Origin: an uncultured Candidatus Saccharibacteria bacterium
GTDB lineage: Bacteria; Patescibacteriota; Saccharimonadia; Saccharimonadales; Saccharimonadaceae
Assembly: GCA_938039975.1 (NCBI GenBank)
Contig: CALHTM010000002.1
Coordinates: 44,541 to 108,540 of the forward strand
Direction: 5' to 3'
DNA length: 64,000 nucleotides
Shown in pieces: positions 48,008 to 57,544 of the stretch; the first letter of the stretch is position 1; each line of letters starts with the position of its first letter. Both the position numbers and the translations under genes were made by a program. A model generated the notes under the pieces. That model worked only from the letters and a program-made list of their open reading frames with translations. It had not been told where the DNA came from and made no database searches.

Positions 48008-48057
48008 ATGTTAAAAATATGTAAACTACATACATATACTTTACATATTTTTTACAT
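48008..48057. promoter_or_regulatory. AT-rich inverted repeat upstream of fic (candidate operator)
   Basis: 18-bp arms ATGTTAAAAATATGTAAA / TTTACATATTTTTTACAT, one mismatch, 14-bp spacer. Confidence 0.55.
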
Positions 48058-48092
48058 TATGCTACCATTATGATGTCAAATATATACATATT

Positions 48093-49433
48093 ATGGAAAA
48101 AGATTTTGTAATCATCCGAGAACAGCCTACTATATCTACGAAACGCCGATTAGATTTAATCGACATGTATTTTAATGAGTCCGCGGCCGCAGCTCCCTAC
48201 TTGCAAGCAGTCAACGAATCAAAATACCTTTACTGGGATAAGGCGCGCTTTATTGATCCGATTCCTAAGCTTACCCCAGCAGAGTCGTGGCAGCTAGCCC
48301 ACACTGTTAGGCGTTTTAACTCGCAGCCGACGCCTATTCACGCTAAAAACGGCGCTCATTTCGGCTGGGTTAGACAAGAGAAAGTTGACGAAGCGCAGCG
48401 AACTGTCGATATGTATGCTGGCGGACAATTTCTTACAAATACGCCGGCAATTACTACCCGATCTGAACGGCAAAAATATATCGCAAGAGGTATCCTCGAG
48501 GAGGCTATCGCATCAAGCCAGCTCGAAGGCGCAGACACTTCTCGGCGCTACGCTAAGCATATGATAGCCGACAACATCAAGCCGCGCAACAAAAGCGACT
48601 GGATGATTCTCAATAACTATCGAACTTTATCGAAAATCGAAGAAAATTTCGTCGAACGCAGTCTATCGAAAAATTTACTCTTAGAATTGCATCAAGAGCT
48701 AACCCGCCACACGATTCCCGACGCCGATTCAGGTAGATTTCGCAAAGACAGCGATAATATAGTCGTCTGGTTTAACGAAAAAATCGCCCATGTGCCGCCA
48801 AACCAAAGTTTCGTCGAGAATGAGCTTGATCGCTTGGTAGAGTATGCCAACGACAACAGTAAGTTTATCCACCCGTTAGTCAAAGCAACTGTGCTACATT
48901 TTTGGCTAGGATACCTACACCCCTTCACTGACGGCAATGGACGTTTAGCGCGCAGCTTGTTTTATTGGTACATGCTGAAAAACGGTTATTGGGCGCTAGC
49001 TTATTTTCCAATTTCTACAGTCATTAAGCGAGCGCCAGCGCAGTACGCCTACGCTTATATTTACGCCGAACAAGATTCGTATGATTTTACCTACTTTTTT
49101 AATTATCACACCGAAAAAGTTCTGGAGGCTATCAAGGAATTTCGAGATTATACTAAAAGAACCGATGAAGAAAATAGCGCTATAACCAAGAAACTTCACT
49201 CTATCAAAAACCTTAATGACCGGCAAAAACAAATCATATATTATCTAATATCCGATGATAGCCATTACGCTACCATTTCCTCGCACGCAGAATTAAACGC
49301 CATCTCTCGCCAAACTGCTGATAAAGATATAAAAGGCCTCTTGAAGCTAGGTTTAACCTTTTCTGTCAAGCAGGGGGCTTCCGTGCTGTACTACGCGTCT
49401 GATAAACTAAAAACTATGATAAACAAGGAGTAA
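48093..49433 (+). CDS. Fic family protein (class II-like) with C-terminal HTH
   Basis: HPFTDGNGRLAR; N-terminal inhibitory-type SSQLEG; C-terminal ISRQTADKDI. Confidence 0.93.
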   Translation: MEKDFVIIREQPTISTKRRLDLIDMYFNESAAAAPYLQAVNESKYLYWDKARFIDPIPKLTPAESWQLAHTVRRFNSQPTPIHAKNGAHFGWVRQEKVDEAQRTVDMYAGGQFLTNTPAITTRSERQKYIARGILEEAIASSQLEGADTSRRYAKHMIADNIKPRNKSDWMILNNYRTLSKIEENFVERSLSKNLLLELHQELTRHTIPDADSGRFRKDSDNIVVWFNEKIAHVPPNQSFVENELDRLVEYANDNSKFIHPLVKATVLHFWLGYLHPFTDGNGRLARSLFYWYMLKNGYWALAYFPISTVIKRAPAQYAYAYIYAEQDSYDFTYFFNYHTEKVLEAIKEFRDYTKRTDEENSAITKKLHSIKNLNDRQKQIIYYLISDDSHYATISSHAELNAISRQTADKDIKGLLKLGLTFSVKQGASVLYYASDKLKTMINKE

Positions 49434-49435
49434 TC

Positions 49436-49843
49436 ATGGACGATTCAATTTTTACCAAAATTATCAAAGGCGAGATTCCCTGCCGCAAGGTTTATGAGGA
49501 CGACATGGTTATCGCCTTTCTCGATATCAACCCACTCAGCGACGGGCATGTGTTAGTGGTGCCCAAAGAACAGGTTGATTTAATTTGGGACCTCGACAAC
49601 GAGACTTACACTCACCTCTGGCAAACTGCCAAAAATATCGCTCAGGCTATCCAGGCCGAACTCAACCCCCTGCGCGTCGGCGTAGTCGTTGAAGGCCTCG
49701 ACGTACCGCACGCCCATATTCATCTAGTGCCGCTGTATGACCGCGACACCTTGCAGCTCCATCACGACTACCCTGTTGATATTTCAGATGAACGGCTCGA
49801 TAATATCGCCAACAGTATCAAAGAGCGCTTAATCGCCATATGA
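49436..49843 (+). CDS. HIT family hydrolase
   Basis: SIFTKIIKGEIP, GHVLVVPK, HAHIHL triad. Confidence 0.95.
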   Translation: MDDSIFTKIIKGEIPCRKVYEDDMVIAFLDINPLSDGHVLVVPKEQVDLIWDLDNETYTHLWQTAKNIAQAIQAELNPLRVGVVVEGLDVPHAHIHLVPLYDRDTLQLHHDYPVDISDERLDNIANSIKERLIAI

Positions 49844-50295
49844 TCACTGTTGTCGCCGTTGGTAAAAAGCATGAAGATTGGGTATCCAACGGCATCAAAC
49901 GCTACCAAACGCGCTGCAAGCAGCCTTGGAGTTTTGAGTGGCAATTGATACCGCATAGCAAGCTAGATGGCCAGCAGGCCCGCCAAGAGGAGTCTGAGCG
50001 AATTTTAGCGCGTTTACATCCCCAAGATTTCGTAATTCTGCTCGATGAGCACGGTCAGACGTTTGACTCGCCTGCCCTATCGCGCCAGCTAAACGAACTC
50101 TTTGTGCAAGGTAAAAATATCACGATAGTTATCGGCGGCGCCTTTGGCGTCAGCGTAGCACTGACACAGCGTGCTAACCTGGTTTGGTCACTGTCGCCAT
50201 TAGTCTTTCCACATCAGTTAGTGCGACTGATCCTCGCTGAGCAGCTATACCGAGCGCAAGAGATTGCTCGCGGCGGCAAATATCATCACCAGTAG
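49840..50295 (+). CDS. rlmH: 23S rRNA m3psi1915 methyltransferase
   Basis: VAVGK, IGGAFG, SLSPLVFPHQL.R..L.EQLYRA..I..G.KYH. Confidence 0.96.
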   Translation: MITVVAVGKKHEDWVSNGIKRYQTRCKQPWSFEWQLIPHSKLDGQQARQEESERILARLHPQDFVILLDEHGQTFDSPALSRQLNELFVQGKNITIVIGGAFGVSVALTQRANLVWSLSPLVFPHQLVRLILAEQLYRAQEIARGGKYHHQ

Positions 50296-50453
50296 ATAGC
50301 CAACCTGCGCGCTAAAACCTAGCGGTAATCTGTTTATGAACCGTCCGAACACTGCCTCAGACTAACTTATAATCTTATTTTATGACATACTATTGACTTT
50401 TTATCATACTTGTGCTATATTTGTAAGCACAATACCTTAAAACAAACATAATT

Positions 50454-50807
50454 ATGACATATTTTACTTACATCATTAACACCTTATTCGCCACGCTCAG
50501 CTTGCTGATAGCTAGCGGCGTTGCTGTCCACGACGGACATTTCGGGCATGCTATTGATATCAGTTTGACGCATGATCATTCCATGCAAAAGCTCAGTTCA
50601 CAAGATTTGCGAACCATCAACGAGTCGCGAATGCAGCACACTCATTCCGAGCATAATCTCTCGGAAGACATGCTCAGCAATAGTTTTCGCTACCAATCGC
50701 CTAGTATTTCGCCAGATCGCCGTCATCATCACAAAAACATTTTAGCCTTATTAGAAGAAGGCGGCCGGCACGCTTTTGATAACGCAAATTTGCCAGTTAT
50801 CGACTAG
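50454..50807 (+). CDS. His-rich exported hypothetical protein
   Basis: Hydrophobic N-terminus, many His; TTGACT-N17-TATATT promoter at 50393-50421. Confidence 0.65.
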   Translation: MTYFTYIINTLFATLSLLIASGVAVHDGHFGHAIDISLTHDHSMQKLSSQDLRTINESRMQHTHSEHNLSEDMLSNSFRYQSPSISPDRRHHHKNILALLEEGGRHAFDNANLPVID

Positions 50808-50810
50808 CTT

Positions 50811-53366
50811 TTACTTATTCGACACAACTTGCAGCTCGTTCTGTAGCCGGGTAATTAGTTCTTGTTTTTCACGGAGTGTCTTGCGCGACTCCTCGACCAG
50901 AGCCGCTGGAGCTTTGGCTACATAGTTATCGTTTGCCAAGCGCGTCTCGAGCGTCCGGATATGCTGGCGTTCTTCGGCTAAACGTTTCTCGAGGTTAGCT
51001 TGATGCTCGTAAAGCGTTTCGTCGTCAATGTCTAGCCAAACGTCTCGCCCGCTAGCCGCCAAGCGCAATCCCCTAGCCTGGTCAACATGTTCTACCGAGG
51101 TAACGCGCGCTAGCTTCTTGACAAGTTCGATATTATCAGCCACCAGCGAATCGTCCATATACAACAGACCATAACGTTTATTGCCCGGCAGTTCGCTAAC
51201 TACGTAGCGTGCTTCTGATACTAAATCTTTCAAGCGGCCGAATGCAGCAGCAGCGATATCGTCGTACTCTAGGCGGTCTGGCATAGTTTCGCTAGCCAAG
51301 ATCGTATCGTGCCACGGCAAAGCCTGCCAAATTGTTTCGGTCAAGAACGGCGCGAATGGGTGCGTTAACCGCAAAATTGTGTCTAAAACATACGCGTTCA
51401 TGTCGATATTTTGCTCAACTTTGCTAGCCTCGATGTACCAGTCGGCTACATCATCCCAAACGGTGTGATAAATCGTCTCGCCAGCCTCAGCGAAATGATA
51501 GGTCGCAATCTGCCGGTCTAGCGACTGCGCCGCCTCATCTAGTTGGCGAGCAATCCAATAATCGGCTAGCGATTGTAGTTGCGGACTGACCGCTGGCGTG
51601 CGGTCGCCAACCAAATTTTCAGTATAGCGAGCAATATTCCACAGCTTGTTGCAGAAATTGCGGGCTGCTACTACCTTGCCAGTATTAAACGCTTGCGGCT
51701 GAGCAGCACTGCGGCTAGCAATGATACCCATACGTAGCGCATCCGAGCCATATTTCGCCACTGTCTCCATCGGATTGATGACATTGCCCTTGCTTTTGCT
51801 CATCTTGATACCCTTTTCATCAAGCACTAAACCATGCAAGTACACATGCCTGAACGGCACCTGGCCAGTCCGATACAGGCCCAGCATAATCATTCGCGCT
51901 ACCCACGCAAACAAAATGTCGCCCGCTGTTTCCATGACGGTATTCGGGTAATACTTGGCTAGCTTGCCAGTATCCAAATAATCGGTAGTGATATACGGCC
52001 ACTGGCCGCTGCTGAACCAAGTATCAAGCGTATCCTCCTCGCGGCGATACGTTGTACCATCTACAACGATTTCTTTCTTATCAACTTCGGTGCTGTAGCG
52101 CCAATCGTCTAGATTGGTTTTGGACTGAAACATTGGAATCGGAATGCCCCACGGTATTTGGCGGCTGATATTCCAATCTTTGATATCTTTGAGGTACTTA
52201 ATGACAACATCGCCTTTATTTTCAGGGGTAAACGTCACTTCCTTGCGCTCAATCGCTGCGATAGCGTTATCGGTCAATTGGCGCATTTTGACGAACCATT
52301 GCTCTTTGGCGAGCGGCTCGATGACCGAACCGCATTTGTAGCAATGTCCAACTTGGTGCTCGATATCTTTTTCGCCGCGCAGCAATTCGTCTATTTCGAG
52401 CGCTGCTAAAACGCGTTTACGAGCTTCTAGCGCCGTCATACCAACAAATTGACCTGGCACATTGATCATTTTGCCGTCGAAATCAATTACTTGAACTAAT
52501 TCCAAGTTGTGGCGCTTGCCTACTTCGAAATCATTCGGATCGTGTGCTGGTGTAATTTTCACCATACCAGTGCCGTAAGCTGGATCAACATAATCGTCAG
52601 CGATGATGGGAATTTCGCGCTTGACAATCGGTAGCAGCGCTTTGCAGCCGACAAGGTCTTTGTAACGCTCGTCGTTTGAATTAACCGCTACAGCTACGTC
52701 GCCAAACATCGTCTCGGGACGCGTCGTAGCGATAACGATTTCGCCAACTTTATCGATTAGCGGATAAGCGATTTCCCACAACTTCCCTTTTTCATTCTTG
52801 TGAACAACCTCGTAGTCCGAAAAACTCGTCTGATGCTGCGTACAGTAATTGACAATGCGTTCGCCCCTATAAATATAGCCGTCCTGCCACATCTTTTCAA
52901 AAGTATCGTAGACAGTTTTGATAACTTTATCGTCGAGCGTGAATACCAAATCGTCCCAATCAGCGCCCACGCCAATCGCCCGCAGTTGTAATTCCATATC
53001 GCCGCGGCGTTTAGCTACGAAATCCCATACCTGCGCGTATAATTCTTCGCGATTGAAGTCAAAGCGCGTCTGGCCGTGCTTTTCTAGCTCGCGCTCGTAA
53101 ACTACCCAAGTTTCAAAGCCAGCATGGTCAGCCCCCGGTATATATACAGCATCATAGCCTTGCATACGGTGATAACGTACTAAAATATCTTGAATTGCCG
53201 ACCCTAAAGCGTGCCCGACATGCAAATTGCCGTTAGCATTTGGCGGCGGCATCACAATCGCGTACGGCTGGCCCTGCCCTTTCGGTTTAAATACGCCAGA
53301 TTCTTCCCACAAGGCGTAAATTGACGGTTCATATTCGTTCGGAGTATAAGTTTTAGCTAAGCTCAT
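50811..53366 (-). CDS. valS: valine--tRNA ligase
   Basis: PPPNANGNLHVGH, ATTRPET, DWNISRQ, KMSKS, C-terminal coiled coil. Confidence 0.98.
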   Translation of the reverse strand: MSLAKTYTPNEYEPSIYALWEESGVFKPKGQGQPYAIVMPPPNANGNLHVGHALGSAIQDILVRYHRMQGYDAVYIPGADHAGFETWVVYERELEKHGQTRFDFNREELYAQVWDFVAKRRGDMELQLRAIGVGADWDDLVFTLDDKVIKTVYDTFEKMWQDGYIYRGERIVNYCTQHQTSFSDYEVVHKNEKGKLWEIAYPLIDKVGEIVIATTRPETMFGDVAVAVNSNDERYKDLVGCKALLPIVKREIPIIADDYVDPAYGTGMVKITPAHDPNDFEVGKRHNLELVQVIDFDGKMINVPGQFVGMTALEARKRVLAALEIDELLRGEKDIEHQVGHCYKCGSVIEPLAKEQWFVKMRQLTDNAIAAIERKEVTFTPENKGDVVIKYLKDIKDWNISRQIPWGIPIPMFQSKTNLDDWRYSTEVDKKEIVVDGTTYRREEDTLDTWFSSGQWPYITTDYLDTGKLAKYYPNTVMETAGDILFAWVARMIMLGLYRTGQVPFRHVYLHGLVLDEKGIKMSKSKGNVINPMETVAKYGSDALRMGIIASRSAAQPQAFNTGKVVAARNFCNKLWNIARYTENLVGDRTPAVSPQLQSLADYWIARQLDEAAQSLDRQIATYHFAEAGETIYHTVWDDVADWYIEASKVEQNIDMNAYVLDTILRLTHPFAPFLTETIWQALPWHDTILASETMPDRLEYDDIAAAAFGRLKDLVSEARYVVSELPGNKRYGLLYMDDSLVADNIELVKKLARVTSVEHVDQARGLRLAASGRDVWLDIDDETLYEHQANLEKRLAEERQHIRTLETRLANDNYVAKAPAALVEESRKTLREKQELITRLQNELQVVSNK

Positions 53367-53512
53367 TTCATTCTCGATTCATTTCACGTGAAAATTAGCA
53401 AAATAACCAAGCATAGCAATTCCACAGTTTGCTATTCCTCACCTCTTGCTGTTTTTTATTCCACGTGTTTGTGTTCTATCCTATTATAGCACAGACGATG
53501 TATACTAAACAT

Positions 53513-54499
53513 ATGATTGATACAATACTATGCGACGAAAAAGCTGCCTGGGACAAGACTGTTGCTAAGTTTGGCGGGCACCCGCTGCAGCTCTGGGGAT
53601 GGGGAGAAGTAAAAGCGGCGCACAATTGGCGCGTTCAGCGAATTACTATAGCTGACGGCAACGAAACAATTGGTGCTGCGCAAATATTACTGAGAAACCT
53701 GCCTAAACCGCTTAATCAGTTAAGCTACATTCCTCGCGGGCCAGTTTACAAACAAGGTAGGGAAGACGATGTTTTGGCGGCAATTGTTAATTACGTTAAG
53801 CATAAGCTGCCATGCGCTGTGCTAACTATTGAGCCAGATACTGAACATCCGCTCCGCACCAAAGGTTGGCGCCAATCGCCAAACAATATTCTGCTATCGC
53901 GTACTTTGATTTTGGATTTGACTCATACAACCGACGAACTATTGGCCGCAATGACCAAAAAAACCCGCCAGTATATCCGTAAATCCGGCCGGGCTGGACT
54001 TGATATCAAACCGGTAAAAACGCGCCAAGACATCACTGCTTGCCTCGAAATTTACCGCCAAACTGCTAAACGCGCTAAATTCGCTCTGCATGACGACCAG
54101 TATTATTACGACATTCACGACAAACTAGGGGAGAACTCGCAGATTTTTGCTGCTTACGAAGATAACCACCCGGTATCATTTCTCTGGCTAGCAACTAGTC
54201 CCGAAACTTCATTCGAGCTATACGGCGGTATGAACGATCGCGGCCAAGCTTTGCGCGCTAACTACGCGCTAAAATGGCACGCTATCACCGAATGTAAGCA
54301 GCAGGGAATTAAGCGTTACGATATGAATGGCCTACTCAACGACGGCGTTAGCAACTTCAAGCGCGGCTTCGCTAGCCACGAGAATAAATTAGCTGGTACT
54401 TACGATTATCCGATGAGTCAATCCTACCCAGTTTGGCGGCATGGATTACCGCTAGCTAAAAGAACCATCCGCAGCATCAAAAAATTACTTGGTAAATAA
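53513..54499 (+). CDS. FemABX/MurM peptidoglycan bridge aminoacyltransferase
   Basis: LQ..WGEVK, YIPRGP, RQYIRK, NYALKW.AI, FKRGF. Confidence 0.9.
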   Translation: MIDTILCDEKAAWDKTVAKFGGHPLQLWGWGEVKAAHNWRVQRITIADGNETIGAAQILLRNLPKPLNQLSYIPRGPVYKQGREDDVLAAIVNYVKHKLPCAVLTIEPDTEHPLRTKGWRQSPNNILLSRTLILDLTHTTDELLAAMTKKTRQYIRKSGRAGLDIKPVKTRQDITACLEIYRQTAKRAKFALHDDQYYYDIHDKLGENSQIFAAYEDNHPVSFLWLATSPETSFELYGGMNDRGQALRANYALKWHAITECKQQGIKRYDMNGLLNDGVSNFKRGFASHENKLAGTYDYPMSQSYPVWRHGLPLAKRTIRSIKKLLGK

Positions 54500-55078
54500 C
54501 CGATCAATATCAACAGCCCCGCGGCGAAATATAATGATATTTGCATGCTCATCAAGGCTGATAATAGTTGACGGCTGATTATTAGTTATAGTACCGCCAT
54601 CGACATAAAAATCGACCTTGTCGCCGAAATAGGCTTTAGCTTCAGTAATTGTCGACGAAATTGGCCGGCCTGGCACATTAGCGCTAGTAGTCATCAGCGG
54701 GCCAGTCCGCGCCAAAAGCCGCGACAGCGAAGGGTCATCGGGAATACGCACGGCTAAGTTATCTCGCGTTTGCTTGAGATAAGTAGCGACATTATAGGCA
54801 TTAATAACAACGCTAATTTGACCAGGCCAAAACTTGGCTGCTAACGATAATTGGCTAGAATCTAGTCCTAATTTCGCCAAATCATTAATTGAACTAGCGA
54901 TTAGCGTTCCTGGTTGGCTAGCGCGCTTCTTGGTGTCGTACATTTTTTGGATCGCTGCTGGATCAGCGGCCGGTGCTACAAGTCCATAAACTGTGTCGGT
55001 AGGCAGTACGCCAATACCGCCGCCATTCAAAATATTGATCAACTCATCATTATCAACAGAGGTAAATAGTTGTGCCAT
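54485..55078 (-). CDS. tsaC: L-threonylcarbamoyladenylate synthase (Sua5/YrdC)
   Basis: PTDTVYGL, FWPG, AVRIP, TSANVPG, PSTII. Confidence 0.93.
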   Translation of the reverse strand: MAQLFTSVDNDELINILNGGGIGVLPTDTVYGLVAPAADPAAIQKMYDTKKRASQPGTLIASSINDLAKLGLDSSQLSLAAKFWPGQISVVINAYNVATYLKQTRDNLAVRIPDDPSLSRLLARTGPLMTTSANVPGRPISSTITEAKAYFGDKVDFYVDGGTITNNQPSTIISLDEHANIIIFRRGAVDIDRLFTK

Positions 55079-56176
55079 TTACAACGCTCCTACCTTGTTC
55101 CAAACAGTTTTCGTCATTGATAGGCTAGGGATTACCTCGAGAGTGTATGGATCAGCTGGATCGCTCAACCGAGCTTGCTGATAGCCTAGCGCCGCAATCA
55201 TTGCCGCATTATCGGTACACAGCTGAATCGGCGCGTACTCAATGTTAATCGGTAGTTTCTGGCGCAGTTGGCGGCGCAGTTCTTGATTGGCAGCCACGCC
55301 GCCAGCAATTACCACTGATTGCGGTCGAAAGTCCTGAAAGGCGCGCAAGGTACGCTCAACTAGCGTTTCGACGGCTACTTTCTGGAAGCTAGCTGCAAAA
55401 TCGTGCTGCTGCGAGCTCGTGACAAGCCCTGGGAGCTCGTGCGATGGAAAAGTGAAGTCTTTGCCCACTTCACGCTGTACAGCCCTTAGAACGGCTGTCT
55501 TGAGGCCTGAGAACGAAAAATTGTACGGATTATCGAGCTTAGCTTTGGGTAAATGGTATCTATCAGGATTACCCGACTCAGCCGCGCGCGTAATCGACGG
55601 ACCGCCAGGGTAGGGCAGGCCGAGAATTTTGGCCACCTTGTCAAAAGCTTCGCCGACAGCGTCGTCTTGGGTTTGCCCCAGCAGTTGATAATCACCGTGG
55701 CCGCGAAAGAGCACCAACTGCGTGTGTCCACCAGAAACAATCAAGGCCAAAAGAGGAAAGCGCGGCTGAGATTTTGGCAAGGCAAGCTGAACAGGCCCGG
55801 GTGCTTGCTCGGTAATAAAATTGGCGTAGACGTGTCCTTCGACGTGATGCACCGGGTAGAGCGGTTTGCGATGTAAAATTGCTAACGTTCGCGCCGCCAG
55901 CGAACCGATTAGCAGCGAACCAATTAAACCTGGCGCATAGGTCACGGCGATAGCGTCAATGTCGTCCCAAGTACAATCCGCTTGAGCGAGAGCTTCGTCG
56001 ACGACTGGGCCGATAGCCTCGATATGGCTGCGCGCCGCGATTTCGGGCACCACGCCGCCAAAATGCGCGTGAATATCAATTTGCGATTGCACCACATTTG
56101 ACAACATCCGAAAACCGTCCTCAACTACGGCTGCCGCGGTTTCATCGCAGCTTGATTCAATTCCCAAAACCTTCAT
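55079..56176 (-). CDS. tsaD: tRNA t6A threonylcarbamoyltransferase
   Basis: GIESSCDET, HHVEGH, VSGGHT, DDAVGEAFDK, TDNAAMI. Confidence 0.98.
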   Translation of the reverse strand: MKVLGIESSCDETAAAVVEDGFRMLSNVVQSQIDIHAHFGGVVPEIAARSHIEAIGPVVDEALAQADCTWDDIDAIAVTYAPGLIGSLLIGSLAARTLAILHRKPLYPVHHVEGHVYANFITEQAPGPVQLALPKSQPRFPLLALIVSGGHTQLVLFRGHGDYQLLGQTQDDAVGEAFDKVAKILGLPYPGGPSITRAAESGNPDRYHLPKAKLDNPYNFSFSGLKTAVLRAVQREVGKDFTFPSHELPGLVTSSQQHDFAASFQKVAVETLVERTLRAFQDFRPQSVVIAGGVAANQELRRQLRQKLPINIEYAPIQLCTDNAAMIAALGYQQARLSDPADPYTLEVIPSLSMTKTVWNKVGAL

Positions 56177-56222
56177 CTACTTAATTGTACCACCGCCAAG
56201 AGGTCGATGCTATAATATCGGT

Positions 56223-57521
56223 ATGAATTCACTCAAGAAAACTTTGAAAAAGGCCATTCCCGCTAGTTTATACCAATCAATTGAACCAACTTATCATCTA
56301 TTGACAGCTACTGCCGCTGCTACCAAGGCCGGTTATCCAGCGCACAATATGCGCGTCATCGGCGTGACTGGCACCAACGGCAAAACCTCGACCTGCTTCA
56401 TGATCCACAAAATGCTAACTGAGGCTGGCCTCAAAGCAGGGTTGATGACTACTGTCGCTTACGGTGTCGGCAATGATATTACGCCGCAAGTTGCTCATAT
56501 GACAACAGTTTCAGCGCCGCTGCTACAAAAACGCTTAGCGGAATTCAAGAAACAAAATGTCGAATGGGTAGTTTTGGAAGTGACTAGCCACGCGCTAGCC
56601 CAGCACCGTACCTTTGGCGTACCAATCGAGATCGCCGTCATGACTAACGTTACGCACGAACACCTCGACTATCACAGAACTTTTGAGCGCTATTTAGCTG
56701 CCAAAACCAAACTATTTAAACTAGCCAGTCGCGTCGGTGTCATTAACGCCGACGATCCGTCTGCTGAAACTTTTCGCCAGGCCGTCAAACAATCGGTCAG
56801 CTACGGCCTCAAATCTGGCGATTGGCGAGCCCAAGATATCAATTTGAGCGCCCACGGCAGCGATTACACAGCGTTAATTGATGGCGATTCTTACCACATT
56901 CATGTTAATATTCCCGGCGAATTCAATGTTTATAATAGCCTAGCGGCGGCTGCCGTTGGCCGCGAGGTTGGCTTAACCAAAACCCAAATTGAGCGCGGAA
57001 TTGCCGCTTTAGCGGGCGTAGAAGGCCGCATGACAGTGGTCGACGCTGAACAGCCGTTCTCGGCGATTGTTGATTTCGCGCACACGCCAGACTCGTTTGA
57101 ACGGTTGCTAAATGATGTTAGAAACACAACGAAGGGCAAGCTAGTGGTATTGTTCGGCTCGGCTGGCCGCCGCGACGAAGCTAAACGCGCCATTCAGGGC
57201 GAAATCGCTGGCAAATACGCCGATGAGATTGTCTTAACCGAGGAAGACGATCGCGATATCGATGGCAATACCATCCTATCACAAATCGCCTCAGGCGCCG
57301 AAAAAGCTGGCAAAAAACGCGAGAAAAATCTCTTCCTAATACAAGACCGCACCGCGGCCATTAATTTCGCCGTCTCGCGAGTATCCGGCTCGAAAGATAC
57401 TGTTATATTCCTGGGTAAAGGACATGAAAAAACCATTGAGCGCGCCGACGGAGCTCACCCTTGGAACGAAATCGAAACAGTGCGGCAAGCTATTTTGAAA
57501 AAGCTAAGTAGCGATGATTAG
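56223..57521 (+). CDS. murE: UDP-MurNAc-L-Ala-D-Glu ligase MurE
   Basis: GVTGTNGKT, EVTSH, HLDYH, VDFAHTPD, GKGHE. Confidence 0.93.
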   Translation: MNSLKKTLKKAIPASLYQSIEPTYHLLTATAAATKAGYPAHNMRVIGVTGTNGKTSTCFMIHKMLTEAGLKAGLMTTVAYGVGNDITPQVAHMTTVSAPLLQKRLAEFKKQNVEWVVLEVTSHALAQHRTFGVPIEIAVMTNVTHEHLDYHRTFERYLAAKTKLFKLASRVGVINADDPSAETFRQAVKQSVSYGLKSGDWRAQDINLSAHGSDYTALIDGDSYHIHVNIPGEFNVYNSLAAAAVGREVGLTKTQIERGIAALAGVEGRMTVVDAEQPFSAIVDFAHTPDSFERLLNDVRNTTKGKLVVLFGSAGRRDEAKRAIQGEIAGKYADEIVLTEEDDRDIDGNTILSQIASGAEKAGKKREKNLFLIQDRTAAINFAVSRVSGSKDTVIFLGKGHEKTIERADGAHPWNEIETVRQAILKKLSSDD

Positions 57522-57544
57522 GGCTAAGAATGCTTCTAAGCGGC

